This document shows, piece after piece, positions 9,630 to 19,758 of a stretch of DNA of 64,000 nt. The DNA is from an uncultured Candidatus Saccharibacteria bacterium. GTDB taxonomy: Bacteria > Patescibacteriota > Minisyncoccia > Phycocordibacterales > DAORIS01. Position 1 is the first letter of the stretch. The number at the start of each line of letters is the position of its first letter. Made by a program: the position numbers and the translations under genes. The notes under the pieces were generated by a model. That model did not search any database and had not been told where the DNA came from. It saw only the letters and a program-made list of their open reading frames with translations. The DNA lies in assembly GCA_964644035.1 (NCBI GenBank), contig CAZXUH010000001.1:3712-67711 (forward strand), written 5' to 3'.

Positions 9630-10377
9630 GATAATATAGAAAGATTCGTAGGTAGCAAATTATTCTTCCTTTGATCGAACCAGGATAGTCTTTTTTATGA
9701 GTTTTGACCAAAGCAAGATTGGTTCTATATAGTTCAAGCTTCTTACTCCTGCTTGCACTCGCATTTCTGATTGTGTATGCCACTTCTGTATCAGGTATAT
9801 TGGCAAATTTTCCGAGCAGGCCCATTCGTAGCCATAGTTCGTAATCCTCAGACAAATACATGTTTTTGAAACCCCCAGCCTGCAAATAGGTGTCCTTTCG
9901 GCACATTACTGATGTTGTTACAAAACAATTTCTGAGTAAAATAGTCTTTTTTATTTTTGCATCCTTACTAGGTCTGTGAAAGTATCTGATCAGACTATCA
10001 TTTTCATCTACCAAATGTGTCACAGTGCTACCGACAGCAACGTGGTCGGCATGTTCATCGAGGAATTTTTTCTGAAGTGAGAGTTTTTCTTTTGAAATCC
10101 AATAATCGTCGTCGTCAATAAAAGCTATATATTGACCTTGAGATTTTCTAATACCGCAGTCGCGAGCAATTCCGGGGCCGACATTGCTTTCGAGTTCTAT
10201 GAGTTTGACTCGCTGGTCTTTGGAGTTCCAATCTTTGACTTTTGAAGGTGTGCCGTCGGTACTACCGTCGCTTATGACGATAAGTTCAATGTCTTTTTCG
10301 GTTTGATTCAGGACGCTTTCGATCGCTCGGTCGATATATTTCTCTCCGTTTTTGGTCGCCAGTATGACACTGATCAT
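9616..10377 (-). CDS. Glycosyltransferase family 2
   Basis: MISVILATKNG, SDGSTD, FIDDDD, EDYELW; ATG 10377 has TATACT 6 nt upstream. Confidence 0.9.
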   Translation of the reverse strand: MISVILATKNGEKYIDRAIESVLNQTEKDIELIVISDGSTDGTPSKVKDWNSKDQRVKLIELESNVGPGIARDCGIRKSQGQYIAFIDDDDYWISKEKLSLQKKFLDEHADHVAVGSTVTHLVDENDSLIRYFHRPSKDAKIKKTILLRNCFVTTSVMCRKDTYLQAGGFKNMYLSEDYELWLRMGLLGKFANIPDTEVAYTIRNASASRSKKLELYRTNLALVKTHKKDYPGSIKGRIICYLRIFLYYLNLA

Positions 10378-10396
10378 GTGTGTAGTATACCTCGAA

Positions 10397-11266
10397 TTAC
10401 ATTCGTATCCAGTTTGCCGGCGTGGCATCACTGCTATCAATTGCAGGATTGGCGGTCCACTGCTTGGGTGCAATGACAACTTTCTCTTTACGAGGATTGA
10501 GCCATGCGCCCCACCAGCTGAAGCTTGAATTGGCAATAATATGATGCTGACATAAAGACATCAGCGCCATTTCTTCGTAATCAGCAATATTGTTGTCAGA
10601 AACATAGACGATCTCGGCTGATTCAGGAACGTATTGATGTGCATGTGTTCGTGCCCATTCAATATCATCGGAAAAAATAAAGACGGTAAAATGCGATCCA
10701 ATATGATCAGTGAGATGTTTGAGCGCTTTTTGATAGTACTCAATCGGCAAGGTGCCATGGTAGAGGTGAGTCTTGAGATCACTTACATAATCACCACGTC
10801 GAATGTGCAAAGAAACAGGATTGTTGGAGATCCTGATACGCTCATGCATGCGCTCAGCTGCAGGACCAAAAAGCTCAGCAAGCATGAAGTCTTTTCTAAT
10901 TGCGTCCGCATGCTCAGCGAAATATTTTTCATTTTGCCAAAAGCCTTCTATATACGAATCACAATGTGCATTGTCAGCCGTCTTTTTATTGTAGGCATAG
11001 AGTTTTTCAGGATTGAGTTTCCTGTGGATCTTAGAAAAGATATTTCCGACAAATGAATTTCTTTTTGCTGTGTCTTTGTCAGTTGCCAATGTGCCTTTGA
11101 CTTGGAGTTTGTTGAGTTTGTATGCACGGGGAGTGTCTCCAGGGTGCTGACGATCATAGCCGGAAATATCTATGAGCAGGTCGCATTTCTTTTGTATGGA
11201 AAGAGACCTTCCAAATGCATATTGAAACATCTGATTGCCTAAGCCTCCAGAAAGTCTGATAATCAT
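10397..11266 (-). CDS. GT11 (alpha-1,2-fucosyltransferase family) glycosyltransferase, paralogue 1
   Basis: GGLGNQMFQYA, GFWQNEKYF, HIRRGDY, FSDD, ANSSFSWWGAWL. Confidence 0.92.
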   Translation of the reverse strand: MIIRLSGGLGNQMFQYAFGRSLSIQKKCDLLIDISGYDRQHPGDTPRAYKLNKLQVKGTLATDKDTAKRNSFVGNIFSKIHRKLNPEKLYAYNKKTADNAHCDSYIEGFWQNEKYFAEHADAIRKDFMLAELFGPAAERMHERIRISNNPVSLHIRRGDYVSDLKTHLYHGTLPIEYYQKALKHLTDHIGSHFTVFIFSDDIEWARTHAHQYVPESAEIVYVSDNNIADYEEMALMSLCQHHIIANSSFSWWGAWLNPRKEKVVIAPKQWTANPAIDSSDATPANWIRM

Positions 11267-11277
11267 TGTAAGTATAT

Positions 11278-12039
11278 TTATTTTCTTTTAAACCAAAAGC
11301 AGCCGCAAGCATAATACGCATCCTTACCTGCATCTTTGTCGGCATAGCGCTTGAGCGGTCCTTCTTCGGTGCGTTGAGGTATATACGCATACTCATGCAG
11401 CACGAAGTCATTGTCGAGCACCAAGCCAGTCATGGCTTCATATGAATAAATCCTATGAGCATTGTATTCAATGCGTGATTCTCCAAGTGGGACGACGATA
11501 AGCAAAGAACCACCAGGTGCAACGACACGTTTGAGTTCATTGATAGCTTTTACGTCGCCTTCAGGATCGATAGGATCACCATAGCGGCCAAGACCGACGT
11601 GTTCGATAGTGTGCATGCATGAAAGGGACTGTATGCTTTTGTCTTTAAAAGGTAGATGCACAAGATCGGCATGATGTGTTTCTAGTCCGTCGAGTATTAG
11701 TTCTGCTGGGCGATAATCATAGAACTTCACAGGTATAAAAGCCGAAAGCATAGCGCAGAAATGCAGTGTCGATGAAATATCAACGTGAAAAGGGGGATTG
11801 ATTTCTTTGACGACGCGCACTGCCCACGCTGGGTGATAGATATAGTGTCGGTCAAAGCTGGTTGTTTTGGTTTTCTCTCCCCTGCTGACAGGGTAGAGGT
11901 CGGCGATTCGCATAGGGAAACGATGCTTAGCATCTTTTCTTTTGAATTCAAAAAAATCTTTGACGATCCATGGAGCCGATACTGAACGTTTTATTTTGAA
12001 AAGGCTTCTGAGGAATTTGTGCTTGAGTCGCTTATTCAT
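11278..12039 (-). CDS. DUF268-like / SAM-methyltransferase-fold protein
   Basis: FDRHYIYHPAWA, SLSCMHTIEHVGLGRYGDPIDPEGD, NAHRIY. Confidence 0.8.
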   Translation of the reverse strand: MNKRLKHKFLRSLFKIKRSVSAPWIVKDFFEFKRKDAKHRFPMRIADLYPVSRGEKTKTTSFDRHYIYHPAWAVRVVKEINPPFHVDISSTLHFCAMLSAFIPVKFYDYRPAELILDGLETHHADLVHLPFKDKSIQSLSCMHTIEHVGLGRYGDPIDPEGDVKAINELKRVVAPGGSLLIVVPLGESRIEYNAHRIYSYEAMTGLVLDNDFVLHEYAYIPQRTEEGPLKRYADKDAGKDAYYACGCFWFKRK

Positions 12040-12043
12040 GAAT

Positions 12044-12961
12044 TTATTTTGTATTCGATAGTATATCAATATATTTCTGTGCGCACACCTTGTCGGTCAA
12101 AGTGCGTTGGCAGTATACACGGGGCGTAAATTTTTTCACATCAGCAATAAATGTATGTATCAATTGTGCACTATGTTCATTTGAAAAGAATCGGCCAGCT
12201 TCATCGGTAAGATATGGTGCGCTTATTTTAGGATCTTTCCAACTATGATTGCCTGATACCCATATGCCAGGATTCCACACCAGTGTTGGTACGTCTCTTA
12301 TCCATGCTTCTTGAAGTGCTATACCCTGGCTTTCTGATGCTGAGAGATGAATGGCAAAATCTGACTTAAGTAGGGCAGTATAATACTCTTTTTGCTCAAA
12401 TGAACCATAGGCAAGAAGGGTATAAGTAATATTTTTTTCTTTCAAAACCTTAGCTACCTCATTGAGTACATTTTCAGGAGCGTTTTTTTGATAAATAACA
12501 CAGTGATTGTAATTGCGAGATGATTGCTGATTGCTATCAGCTACTCCAGCTGGCCAGATTTTTATTTTTTCTTTATATCTCTCGTCGCCGGCAACATAAC
12601 AATCATATGTCCACTGTGAAGGTTCGAGTACTGCGTCGATGGCATTGTCGAGCATAATGTAGTCGTGTTCTTCAGGAAATACGACAGTATTTGGTCCGGC
12701 AATGAGTTTCTTTATTTTTCCTTGTTTCTTGAGTTCTATTGCGGTTCTCAATGCACCAATTCCACTGAGGACATGAACTGTGTCAGATATGTTTGAAAGA
12801 GAAGGATTGAATTGATGTGGTATGCCAAGTTCGGTCAGTCCGCGCTTAAGACTTTCAGCAACAGCCGCTGGTCCCCTTTTATTGTTAAATATTTTTTTAA
12901 TCTTCGCTTTGACGTATTCTTTTGAAAACACGTGCGGAGAGTGGGTGAGTATTGTAATCAT
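12044..12961 (-). CDS. Putative GT-B fold glycosyltransferase
   Basis: SESQGIALQEAW..VPTLV resembles the GT-B E-X7-E motif; lies in the glycan locus. Confidence 0.7.
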   Translation of the reverse strand: MITILTHSPHVFSKEYVKAKIKKIFNNKRGPAAVAESLKRGLTELGIPHQFNPSLSNISDTVHVLSGIGALRTAIELKKQGKIKKLIAGPNTVVFPEEHDYIMLDNAIDAVLEPSQWTYDCYVAGDERYKEKIKIWPAGVADSNQQSSRNYNHCVIYQKNAPENVLNEVAKVLKEKNITYTLLAYGSFEQKEYYTALLKSDFAIHLSASESQGIALQEAWIRDVPTLVWNPGIWVSGNHSWKDPKISAPYLTDEAGRFFSNEHSAQLIHTFIADVKKFTPRVYCQRTLTDKVCAQKYIDILSNTK

Positions 12962-13842
12962 ATTCTGATCCAGTTTGGGAGCATTATATTGTGTTCAGGA
13001 GATTCGAGATTCCACATTTTTGGACCTATCACGAGCGCATTGTCATTTTTATCAAGCCATGCCCCCCACCAACTAAATGTGCTGTTGGCAATTATGTGCG
13101 CTTTGCAACTGCTCATAAGAACAAGATCAACTGTTGGATGATCTGCATTTTCAGGCATGAAGACGTATGTGTATTGTTTGGGTAGATTGGCTTCTGACCA
13201 TGCAATATCATCTGAAAAGACAAAGAAGACAGGGTTGTCGAGCATTTCTGAAGCTTTCTCAAGAGCTTTATTGTAATAATTCAAATCACAGACACTGCCG
13301 ACGTTGGGATTGTTTACAAAATCTGTTCGTCTAATATGTAGGCTTACTGACTGTGCTTGTTCTTCTATTTTTTTCTTTCCAGAAATATACAGCGGATCAT
13401 TTGCAACTGTATCATTGAGCGTTATGTCTTCAAGCAACTGTTTTCTGACTGAAGAAAAATAATCGCCATTTTGCCAATATCCGTCGAGATACGCACCTTT
13501 TACTGAATTATCGATAATGTTCTGATCGATCACAAAACGTCCTTTTTCTATGAAAAATCTACGAGATAGTTTCCTTGCATGCCTCGTAAGTAGGGCTGCA
13601 TAAAATAGAGGGTTAAAGGGGCTAAAAAGGGCTCTGGCAATGATCAGGGAGCTCGGAGGGGTGATGGCAGCCTTGAAATCATCAAGCAAAAAAGCCCTTT
13701 TTTGAAGGACTGACCAGTCTGTACGCCCATACCACCTCGTGTCGATATAGAGGGGTGTTTTGTGCTTTATAGAGAGTGCTTTGCCGAGTGCATACTCGAA
13801 AAGCTGGTTACCAAGGCCGCCATGTACCTTAACGATAATCAT
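12958..13842 (-). CDS. GT11 glycosyltransferase, paralogue 2
   Basis: GGLGNQLFEYA, GYWQ, HIRRTDF, FSDD, ANSTFSWWGAWL. Confidence 0.9.
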   Translation of the reverse strand: MIIVKVHGGLGNQLFEYALGKALSIKHKTPLYIDTRWYGRTDWSVLQKRAFLLDDFKAAITPPSSLIIARALFSPFNPLFYAALLTRHARKLSRRFFIEKGRFVIDQNIIDNSVKGAYLDGYWQNGDYFSSVRKQLLEDITLNDTVANDPLYISGKKKIEEQAQSVSLHIRRTDFVNNPNVGSVCDLNYYNKALEKASEMLDNPVFFVFSDDIAWSEANLPKQYTYVFMPENADHPTVDLVLMSSCKAHIIANSTFSWWGAWLDKNDNALVIGPKMWNLESPEHNIMLPNWIRI

Positions 13843-13863
13843 TGTGCTATAGTATCAGAATCA
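13843..13863. promoter_or_regulatory. Bidirectional promoter made of overlapping extended -10 elements
   Basis: Only 21 bp between divergent ATGs; + strand TGcTATAGT, - strand TGaTACTAT 6 nt before ATG. Confidence 0.65.
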
Positions 13864-14682
13864 ATGGAAATCGTCATACGCTCGAAAAAGAAGTGGTGGC
13901 TTGGCGATATAAAGGAGATCCTGCATTTCAGGGATCTTTTTTACTATCTCACTTGGAGAGACGTCAAAGTTAAATATAAGCAGACTGTAGTCGGTGTTTT
14001 GTGGGCTGTTTTTCAGCCTTTTGCTACTATGATTGTTTTTTCGATCTTTTTCGGCAAATTTGTCGGTGTTCCTTCGGACGGTACACCATATCCTATCTTT
14101 GTGTACATAGGTCTGCTTTTCTGGAATCTTTTCTCATCGAGTCTCAATGAAGTAGCTGGATCATTTGTCTCCAATGAGCGCATTATTACAAAGGTTTATT
14201 TTCCACGTATTATTTTGCCAGTCTCGACCATATTGACCAATGTACTTGATTTCTTGATCTCTGGTGCAATGTTTGTGGTGCTCATGGTCTATTATCAATT
14301 TATTCCAAACCTACAAGGTCTACTCCTCCTACCTTTGCTATTTATTATGACGGTTGTATCGACACTCGGTATCGGTCTTCTCTTTGCTTCGTTCAACGTA
14401 AAGTATCGTGATGTGCGCTACGTTCTTCCATTTTTCATGCAGCTTCTCATCTTTATCACGCCGGTTATTTATCCAGTCAGCATCGTCTCTGCAAGATATC
14501 GCTGGATACTTGGTCTCAATCCAATGTCGGGCGTGATCGATGCTGCGAGAGCGGGACTCTTGGGTACTAAGCCCGTCGATTGGATGCTTTTGGGTATTTC
14601 TTTTGCTAGCATGACTGTGTATACGGTCATAGGATATATTTTCTTTAAAAAAACCGAACGGTATTTTGCCGACGTGATATAG
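13864..14682 (+). CDS. wzm: ABC-2 polysaccharide exporter permease (Wzm/RfbA-like)
   Basis: RDVKVKYKQT.GVLWA..QP, KVYFPR, RDVRY, TPVIYP, LNPM; several TM segments. Confidence 0.9.
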   Translation: MEIVIRSKKKWWLGDIKEILHFRDLFYYLTWRDVKVKYKQTVVGVLWAVFQPFATMIVFSIFFGKFVGVPSDGTPYPIFVYIGLLFWNLFSSSLNEVAGSFVSNERIITKVYFPRIILPVSTILTNVLDFLISGAMFVVLMVYYQFIPNLQGLLLLPLLFIMTVVSTLGIGLLFASFNVKYRDVRYVLPFFMQLLIFITPVIYPVSIVSARYRWILGLNPMSGVIDAARAGLLGTKPVDWMLLGISFASMTVYTVIGYIFFKKTERYFADVI

Positions 14683-14685
14683 CAT

Positions 14686-15963
14686 ATGAAACCGATCATC
14701 GAAGTAAACAATATCGGAAAAAAATATACGATCGGCGATCGTGAGCGTTATGTCGCACTTCGCGATGTTTTGGCAGGGATGATCAAACATCCGCTCAAAT
14801 GGCTCACCAACAAAGCTCTTGGCGGCCCTCAGCAGGATTTCTGGGCACTCAAAAATGTTAGTTTCAATATTGAACGCGGAGATGTTGTTGGCGTGATCGG
14901 TGGCAATGGTGCAGGCAAATCAACCTTGCTCAAAATTTTTTCTCAAATCACTCCACCGAGCGAAGGCAGTGTCACGCTTCGCGGTACGGTCGGCAGCTTG
15001 CTCGAAGTGGGCACCGGTTTTCATCCAGAACTGACTGGCCGAGAAAATATTTTTCTCAATGGTGCTATTTTGGGTATGCGTCGCAAAGAAATAGAAAACA
15101 AATTCGATCAGATTGTGGCCTTCTCAGGTATTGATCAGTTTCTTGATACACCCGTCAAACGATATTCAAGTGGTATGTATGTGCGCTTGGCCTTTTCTGT
15201 CGCCGCGCATCTTGAACCGGATATTCTTATTGTCGATGAAGTCTTGGCGGTCGGTGATACGGAATTCCAAAAGAAAAGCCTCGGTAAAATGGAAGAGATC
15301 AGTCATACCGACGGTAGGACGGTGCTTTTTGTTAGCCACAATCTTGATTCGATCAAAAAGCTCTGCAATAAAATCGTGCTCATGGAAAAGGGTAAGGTTA
15401 AAAGAGTCGGCACTGACGTCGAGGCTATTATTGAAGAATATATTGGTAGTGGTGGCGATCGTGGCAATGTCGTCGAATGGAAAAAAGAAACTGCTAGCGA
15501 ATACACCCATCCAAAATTCACTCCGATATCTGTTTCACTCAAAGATTCGGAAGGAAAACTCATTTCAAATCCTGTAGATAGAAAAGAAGATGTCTGGATA
15601 GAAGTCACTGCTGATATCAAAGAGATCGATAAAGATCTTATCTTTGGCTATGTACTCTACGACGATCACGGTGTAGCAAATATGTGGTCATTGCAGACAG
15701 ATGTGAAGAAAGAGGAGTGGCCAGAAATCAAGCTTGGTCTCAATACGTTTCGTAGCAAATTGCCCATGAGTTCGCTCAATGAAGGATCATTTAAAGTAGA
15801 ACTTATTGCTGGACTTTATTATCGTGAATGGTTTATCAGGCCATCGGGCGGCAGGATAGTGCTTGATCTCAAAACACAGGGAAGTCTCAGCGAATCTCCA
15901 TTTTGGGTCAGTAAGCGTGCCGGATCGCTGGCTCTTGTACTGCCTTGGGAAGAAAGAAAATAA
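14686..15963 (+). CDS. wzt: ABC polysaccharide exporter ATPase with C-terminal domain (Wzt-like)
   Basis: GGNGAGKST, GFHPELTGREN, YSSGMYVRLAF, VDEVLAVGD, plus ~170 aa C-terminal extension. Confidence 0.92.
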   Translation: MKPIIEVNNIGKKYTIGDRERYVALRDVLAGMIKHPLKWLTNKALGGPQQDFWALKNVSFNIERGDVVGVIGGNGAGKSTLLKIFSQITPPSEGSVTLRGTVGSLLEVGTGFHPELTGRENIFLNGAILGMRRKEIENKFDQIVAFSGIDQFLDTPVKRYSSGMYVRLAFSVAAHLEPDILIVDEVLAVGDTEFQKKSLGKMEEISHTDGRTVLFVSHNLDSIKKLCNKIVLMEKGKVKRVGTDVEAIIEEYIGSGGDRGNVVEWKKETASEYTHPKFTPISVSLKDSEGKLISNPVDRKEDVWIEVTADIKEIDKDLIFGYVLYDDHGVANMWSLQTDVKKEEWPEIKLGLNTFRSKLPMSSLNEGSFKVELIAGLYYREWFIRPSGGRIVLDLKTQGSLSESPFWVSKRAGSLALVLPWEERK

Positions 15964-15968
15964 ATATC

Positions 15969-16922
15969 ATGATACGCACTCTCAAACGATGGCTTTTGAC
16001 CATTAAATTATTTATTGAAGATTTTGCTGCTTTGGAAACAGGCAAGAGTCGGCTGCCAAAAGCAAATGACAAAGAAAGAACGCTTATCAAGCAATTGCGA
16101 CAAGAACTCAATGCTATTGCAGGCAATGAAGCAGGCAAAACATGGAAAGATTTTTCAATGCGACTGCGCGCATATAGCCGATTTTTTGACCCTCGAAGGT
16201 TTCTGCGTTGGCATGTTATTCGCCAGACTATGTTTATGGCCAGTGCCTATCCTCCATGTATAGAAGAACTTCAAAAAGATGCCCAATGGAAAAATGTCTG
16301 GCAGCCACTCATACAAGAAGATATATTTGGCGATCCGATTCCTGATCCAGTACTTCCAGAAAGCAGTGGAAACAGAATCATTCATGCTTATCATTTGCTT
16401 GAGATGCAGAAGGCGACAGGAGTACGTTTTGATCAGTTGGAAACAATCGTTGAATTTGGTGGTGGCTACGGCAGCATCTCAAGACTTCTAAGGAAACTTG
16501 GTTTCAAAGGCAATTATGTATTTTATGATTTGCCAGAATTTCTTGCTCTTCAGCGATTTTATTTAGAAGGTATTGATCAAAAGACATTTAGTGCTTCGAA
16601 TTTTAATGCTAATGAAAAAGGACAAAATGTATTGGTTGGTACTCCCGAAGATCTTAAGAAAGTACTTGCTTCGCTACACAAAGAACCTTCGATGTTTATT
16701 GCCACGTGGTCACTTTCTGAGTCGCCAGTATCTGTCAGAGAACAGGTCTTGCCACTTGTTTCAAATAGTTCTTATTTCTTGTTTGGCTATCAGCCGCAAT
16801 TTGATACTGTCGACAATGTTGCATTTTTCAGACAGTATTCTAAAAATAATCAAACTATAGAATGGAAAGAAGTGTTCAAAAGCATGTGGAACGGGTATTA
16901 TTTATTTGGTAGAAAGAAATAA
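15969..16922 (+). CDS. Putative sugar O-methyltransferase
   Basis: IVEFGGGYG SAM-binding motif, YDLPE, ATWSLSE. Confidence 0.75.
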   Translation: MIRTLKRWLLTIKLFIEDFAALETGKSRLPKANDKERTLIKQLRQELNAIAGNEAGKTWKDFSMRLRAYSRFFDPRRFLRWHVIRQTMFMASAYPPCIEELQKDAQWKNVWQPLIQEDIFGDPIPDPVLPESSGNRIIHAYHLLEMQKATGVRFDQLETIVEFGGGYGSISRLLRKLGFKGNYVFYDLPEFLALQRFYLEGIDQKTFSASNFNANEKGQNVLVGTPEDLKKVLASLHKEPSMFIATWSLSESPVSVREQVLPLVSNSSYFLFGYQPQFDTVDNVAFFRQYSKNNQTIEWKEVFKSMWNGYYLFGRKK

Positions 16923-16927
16923 TCCCA

Positions 16928-17872
16928 ATGAAAAATCACTTCTCACAATACAAACGCAATGTTACCTCGCAGTGGGGAGAAGACGGTATTATCGAAGAAA
17001 TTTTTATGCGCATTGGCGAGACCAACAAATACTGCGTCGAATTTGGCGCTGGCAATGGTACTGAGCTTAGCAATGTCTGGAATCTTATTTCAAATAAAGG
17101 CTGGAGAGCGGCACTTATCGAGCCCGATGAACCCTCTTTTGCTTCATGGGAGAACATTGCCAAACCTTTTGGCAATAAAATAACCCTCATTAAAAAGTTT
17201 GTCACACTCGAAAAAGGTCAGACACTCGACGACATACTCATGTCTCACAATGCTCCGCATGATCTCGATCTGCTTTCAGTAGACATCGACAGCAACGATT
17301 ATCATATTTTCAAAAGCATCAACAAACTCAAACCAAGACTTATTCTTGTTGAGCACAATCCAACCATTCCACCCTCTGTAGATATATTTCAGGAATACAA
17401 TGAAGAGCAGCCTTTTGGATCTTCTTTTGCAGCCAATGTCAGACTTGCTCATGAAAAAGGCTATAAGCTCGTGACTGCAACCGTCACCAATGGTTTTTAT
17501 GTACGCGAAGATCTCTTTTCAAAACTCAATATAGAAGAACCTCGTCCAGAAGATGTGTTTGACAATGAAGCAGTGACACATATTTTTTCAGCCTACAACG
17601 GCACTCTCTACATGCATGGCAAACAGGAAGCACCAAGCTATACGAGATTGTTCAGATCAAGTGATGTTGCTCTTACTAAAAAATCAATACACAGTCTAAG
17701 TATGGGCGCTGGCTACAATCATCGTATATTCTCAAAAACTCTTTCGAAAAACGCCAAGCCAATAAAGGTATTTTTCAACGGTCCGCAGAGCGTTGGCAGT
17801 ATTCTAGGTTTCCTACCTCGCTTGGTGAAAAATGCGATCAGTCCGTATTTTAATAAAAAGAAAGACCAATAA
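16928..17872 (+). CDS. FkbM-like methyltransferase-fold protein
   Basis: SQWGEDGII, VEFGAGNG..SN, DLLSVDIDSNDY, VEHNP. Confidence 0.7.
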   Translation: MKNHFSQYKRNVTSQWGEDGIIEEIFMRIGETNKYCVEFGAGNGTELSNVWNLISNKGWRAALIEPDEPSFASWENIAKPFGNKITLIKKFVTLEKGQTLDDILMSHNAPHDLDLLSVDIDSNDYHIFKSINKLKPRLILVEHNPTIPPSVDIFQEYNEEQPFGSSFAANVRLAHEKGYKLVTATVTNGFYVREDLFSKLNIEEPRPEDVFDNEAVTHIFSAYNGTLYMHGKQEAPSYTRLFRSSDVALTKKSIHSLSMGAGYNHRIFSKTLSKNAKPIKVFFNGPQSVGSILGFLPRLVKNAISPYFNKKKDQ

Positions 17873-17875
17873 TAT

Positions 17876-18856
17876 ATGGCACAAAAAACAGCTCTTGTTC
17901 TAGGTGCAGGGGGATTTATCGGGGGTCATTTGGTAAAACGTCTCGTGTCGGAGGGGTATTGGGTGCGTGGAGTCGATGTAAAGAAACATGAATATTTCGA
18001 CCTGCCTGCAGATGAATTTGTTATTGGCGATCTGACCGATCCAAAGGTAGTAGAAAAAGTATTGGATAGAGATTTCGATGAAGTCTATCAACTCGCTGCT
18101 GATATGGGTGGGGCAGGATATATTTTCTCTGGCAATCATGATGCCGACGTCATGCACAACTCCGCTCTTGTCAATCTCAATGTCGCACACCAGGCGGTGG
18201 TCGTAAAGGCAAAGAAGATATTTTATTCTTCTTCAGCATGTATTTATCCCGCTCACAATCAAGTCGATCCTGACAATCCAAACTGCTCTGAAGATTCTGC
18301 ATACCCGGCGAACCCTGATAGTGAGTATGGCTGGGAAAAACTTTTTAGCGAACGTATGTATTTTTCATATAAAAGAAATTACAATCTCAATGTCCGAGTA
18401 GCACGTTTTCATAATATTTTCGGTCCACAAGGTACATGGCAAGGTGGCAAGGAAAAGGCCCCAGCTGCTATCTGCCGAAAAGTGGCCGAAGCCAAGGACG
18501 GTGGCGAAATAGAAATATGGGGAGATGGCAAACAGACACGATCGTTTCTCTATGTCGACGAATGTCTCGATGGTATTAGGAAGCTGATGGATTCGGAAAC
18601 ATTTTTTGGCCCGGTCAATATAGGATCCGATGAAATGGTTACTATCAATGAACTTGCTGAAATGGCTGCAGAAATAGCTGGCAAAAAAATTACTCGCAAA
18701 CATGTTACTGGTCCTCTTGGTGTACGTGGCAGGAATTCTGACAATAAAATGATACAGGAAAAGCTTGGCTGGGCGCCCAATAAGCCTCTCAAAGTTGGTA
18801 TGGAAAAAACATACAAATGGATAGAAGGGGAAGTTAAGAAAAGAGATTCTAAATGA
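17876..18856 (+). CDS. NAD-dependent epimerase, GDP-mannose 3',5'-epimerase (GME)-like
   Basis: GAGGFIG, LAADMGGAGYI, YSSSACIYP, PDSEYGWEK, GGKEKAPAAICRK, GVRGRNSDN. Confidence 0.88.
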   Translation: MAQKTALVLGAGGFIGGHLVKRLVSEGYWVRGVDVKKHEYFDLPADEFVIGDLTDPKVVEKVLDRDFDEVYQLAADMGGAGYIFSGNHDADVMHNSALVNLNVAHQAVVVKAKKIFYSSSACIYPAHNQVDPDNPNCSEDSAYPANPDSEYGWEKLFSERMYFSYKRNYNLNVRVARFHNIFGPQGTWQGGKEKAPAAICRKVAEAKDGGEIEIWGDGKQTRSFLYVDECLDGIRKLMDSETFFGPVNIGSDEMVTINELAEMAAEIAGKKITRKHVTGPLGVRGRNSDNKMIQEKLGWAPNKPLKVGMEKTYKWIEGEVKKRDSK

Positions 18857-19758
18857 TCATAAGTGAAATGAGAGGAGGACTCGGCAATCAAATGTTCCAG
18901 TACGCTCTGGGAAAGAGTCTTTCTCTGCGCAACAATATACAGTGCAAGATTGATATTTCAAATTATACAAGTACGGTCGGAGATCCTTTTAAAGGCATAC
19001 GACTCTTTGGTCTTTCATATTTCAATATCACAGCTGAACCAGCTTCCAAAGAAGAAGTGTCACGATTTTCAAAATATTTTTCACCCAAAATATCAGGCAA
19101 GATTGCTCGAGCATTCAATAGACTTGGTGCGTATTTTTCAAAACCATATATTGTTGAGCCTAAAAAGAATTTCTTCAGTTTCGATAAAGAATTGCTCGAA
19201 AAGAAAATTACTAAAGATGTTTACATTAGTGGCTTTTGGCAAAGCGAATTGTATTTCAAAGAATATGCAGATACTATTCGAAAAGAACTAAGTGTAAAAA
19301 ATATTCCAGAAGGCAAAAATGCTGAGACTCTTAACAATATGAAAAATCAGCAAGCAGTAGCTATCCATATTCGTCATGGTGACAATGCCAATGTAGTTGC
19401 TAAGAATCATGGTGTGTTGGGAATGGATTTCTATAAGCAGGCCATTGCTATCATAAAAGAAAAAGTTCAGAATCCTGTATTTTATTTATTCTCCGACGAC
19501 ATTGCATGGGCTAGAGAACAGCTCGCTTTTGCACAGCCGCTTGTAGTGGTTGATTGGAATGGTGACGATAAAAACCATGAGGATATGCGACTTATGTATT
19601 CGTGCAAGCATCATATCGTCGCCAATAGCACTTTTAGCTGGTGGGGAGCGTGGCTCGGTGCTCACGACACTCAGATAGTAATCGCTCCTAAAAAATATCA
19701 TCAGGTGGGTCATGCTTCGTATCCAGACTATTATCCAAAACACTGGCTTACGCTATGA
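18853..19758 (+). CDS. GT11 glycosyltransferase, paralogue 3
   Basis: GGLGNQMFQYA, GFWQSELYF, HIRHGD, FSDD, ANSTFSWWGAWL. Confidence 0.9.
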   Translation: MIISEMRGGLGNQMFQYALGKSLSLRNNIQCKIDISNYTSTVGDPFKGIRLFGLSYFNITAEPASKEEVSRFSKYFSPKISGKIARAFNRLGAYFSKPYIVEPKKNFFSFDKELLEKKITKDVYISGFWQSELYFKEYADTIRKELSVKNIPEGKNAETLNNMKNQQAVAIHIRHGDNANVVAKNHGVLGMDFYKQAIAIIKEKVQNPVFYLFSDDIAWAREQLAFAQPLVVVDWNGDDKNHEDMRLMYSCKHHIVANSTFSWWGAWLGAHDTQIVIAPKKYHQVGHASYPDYYPKHWLTL

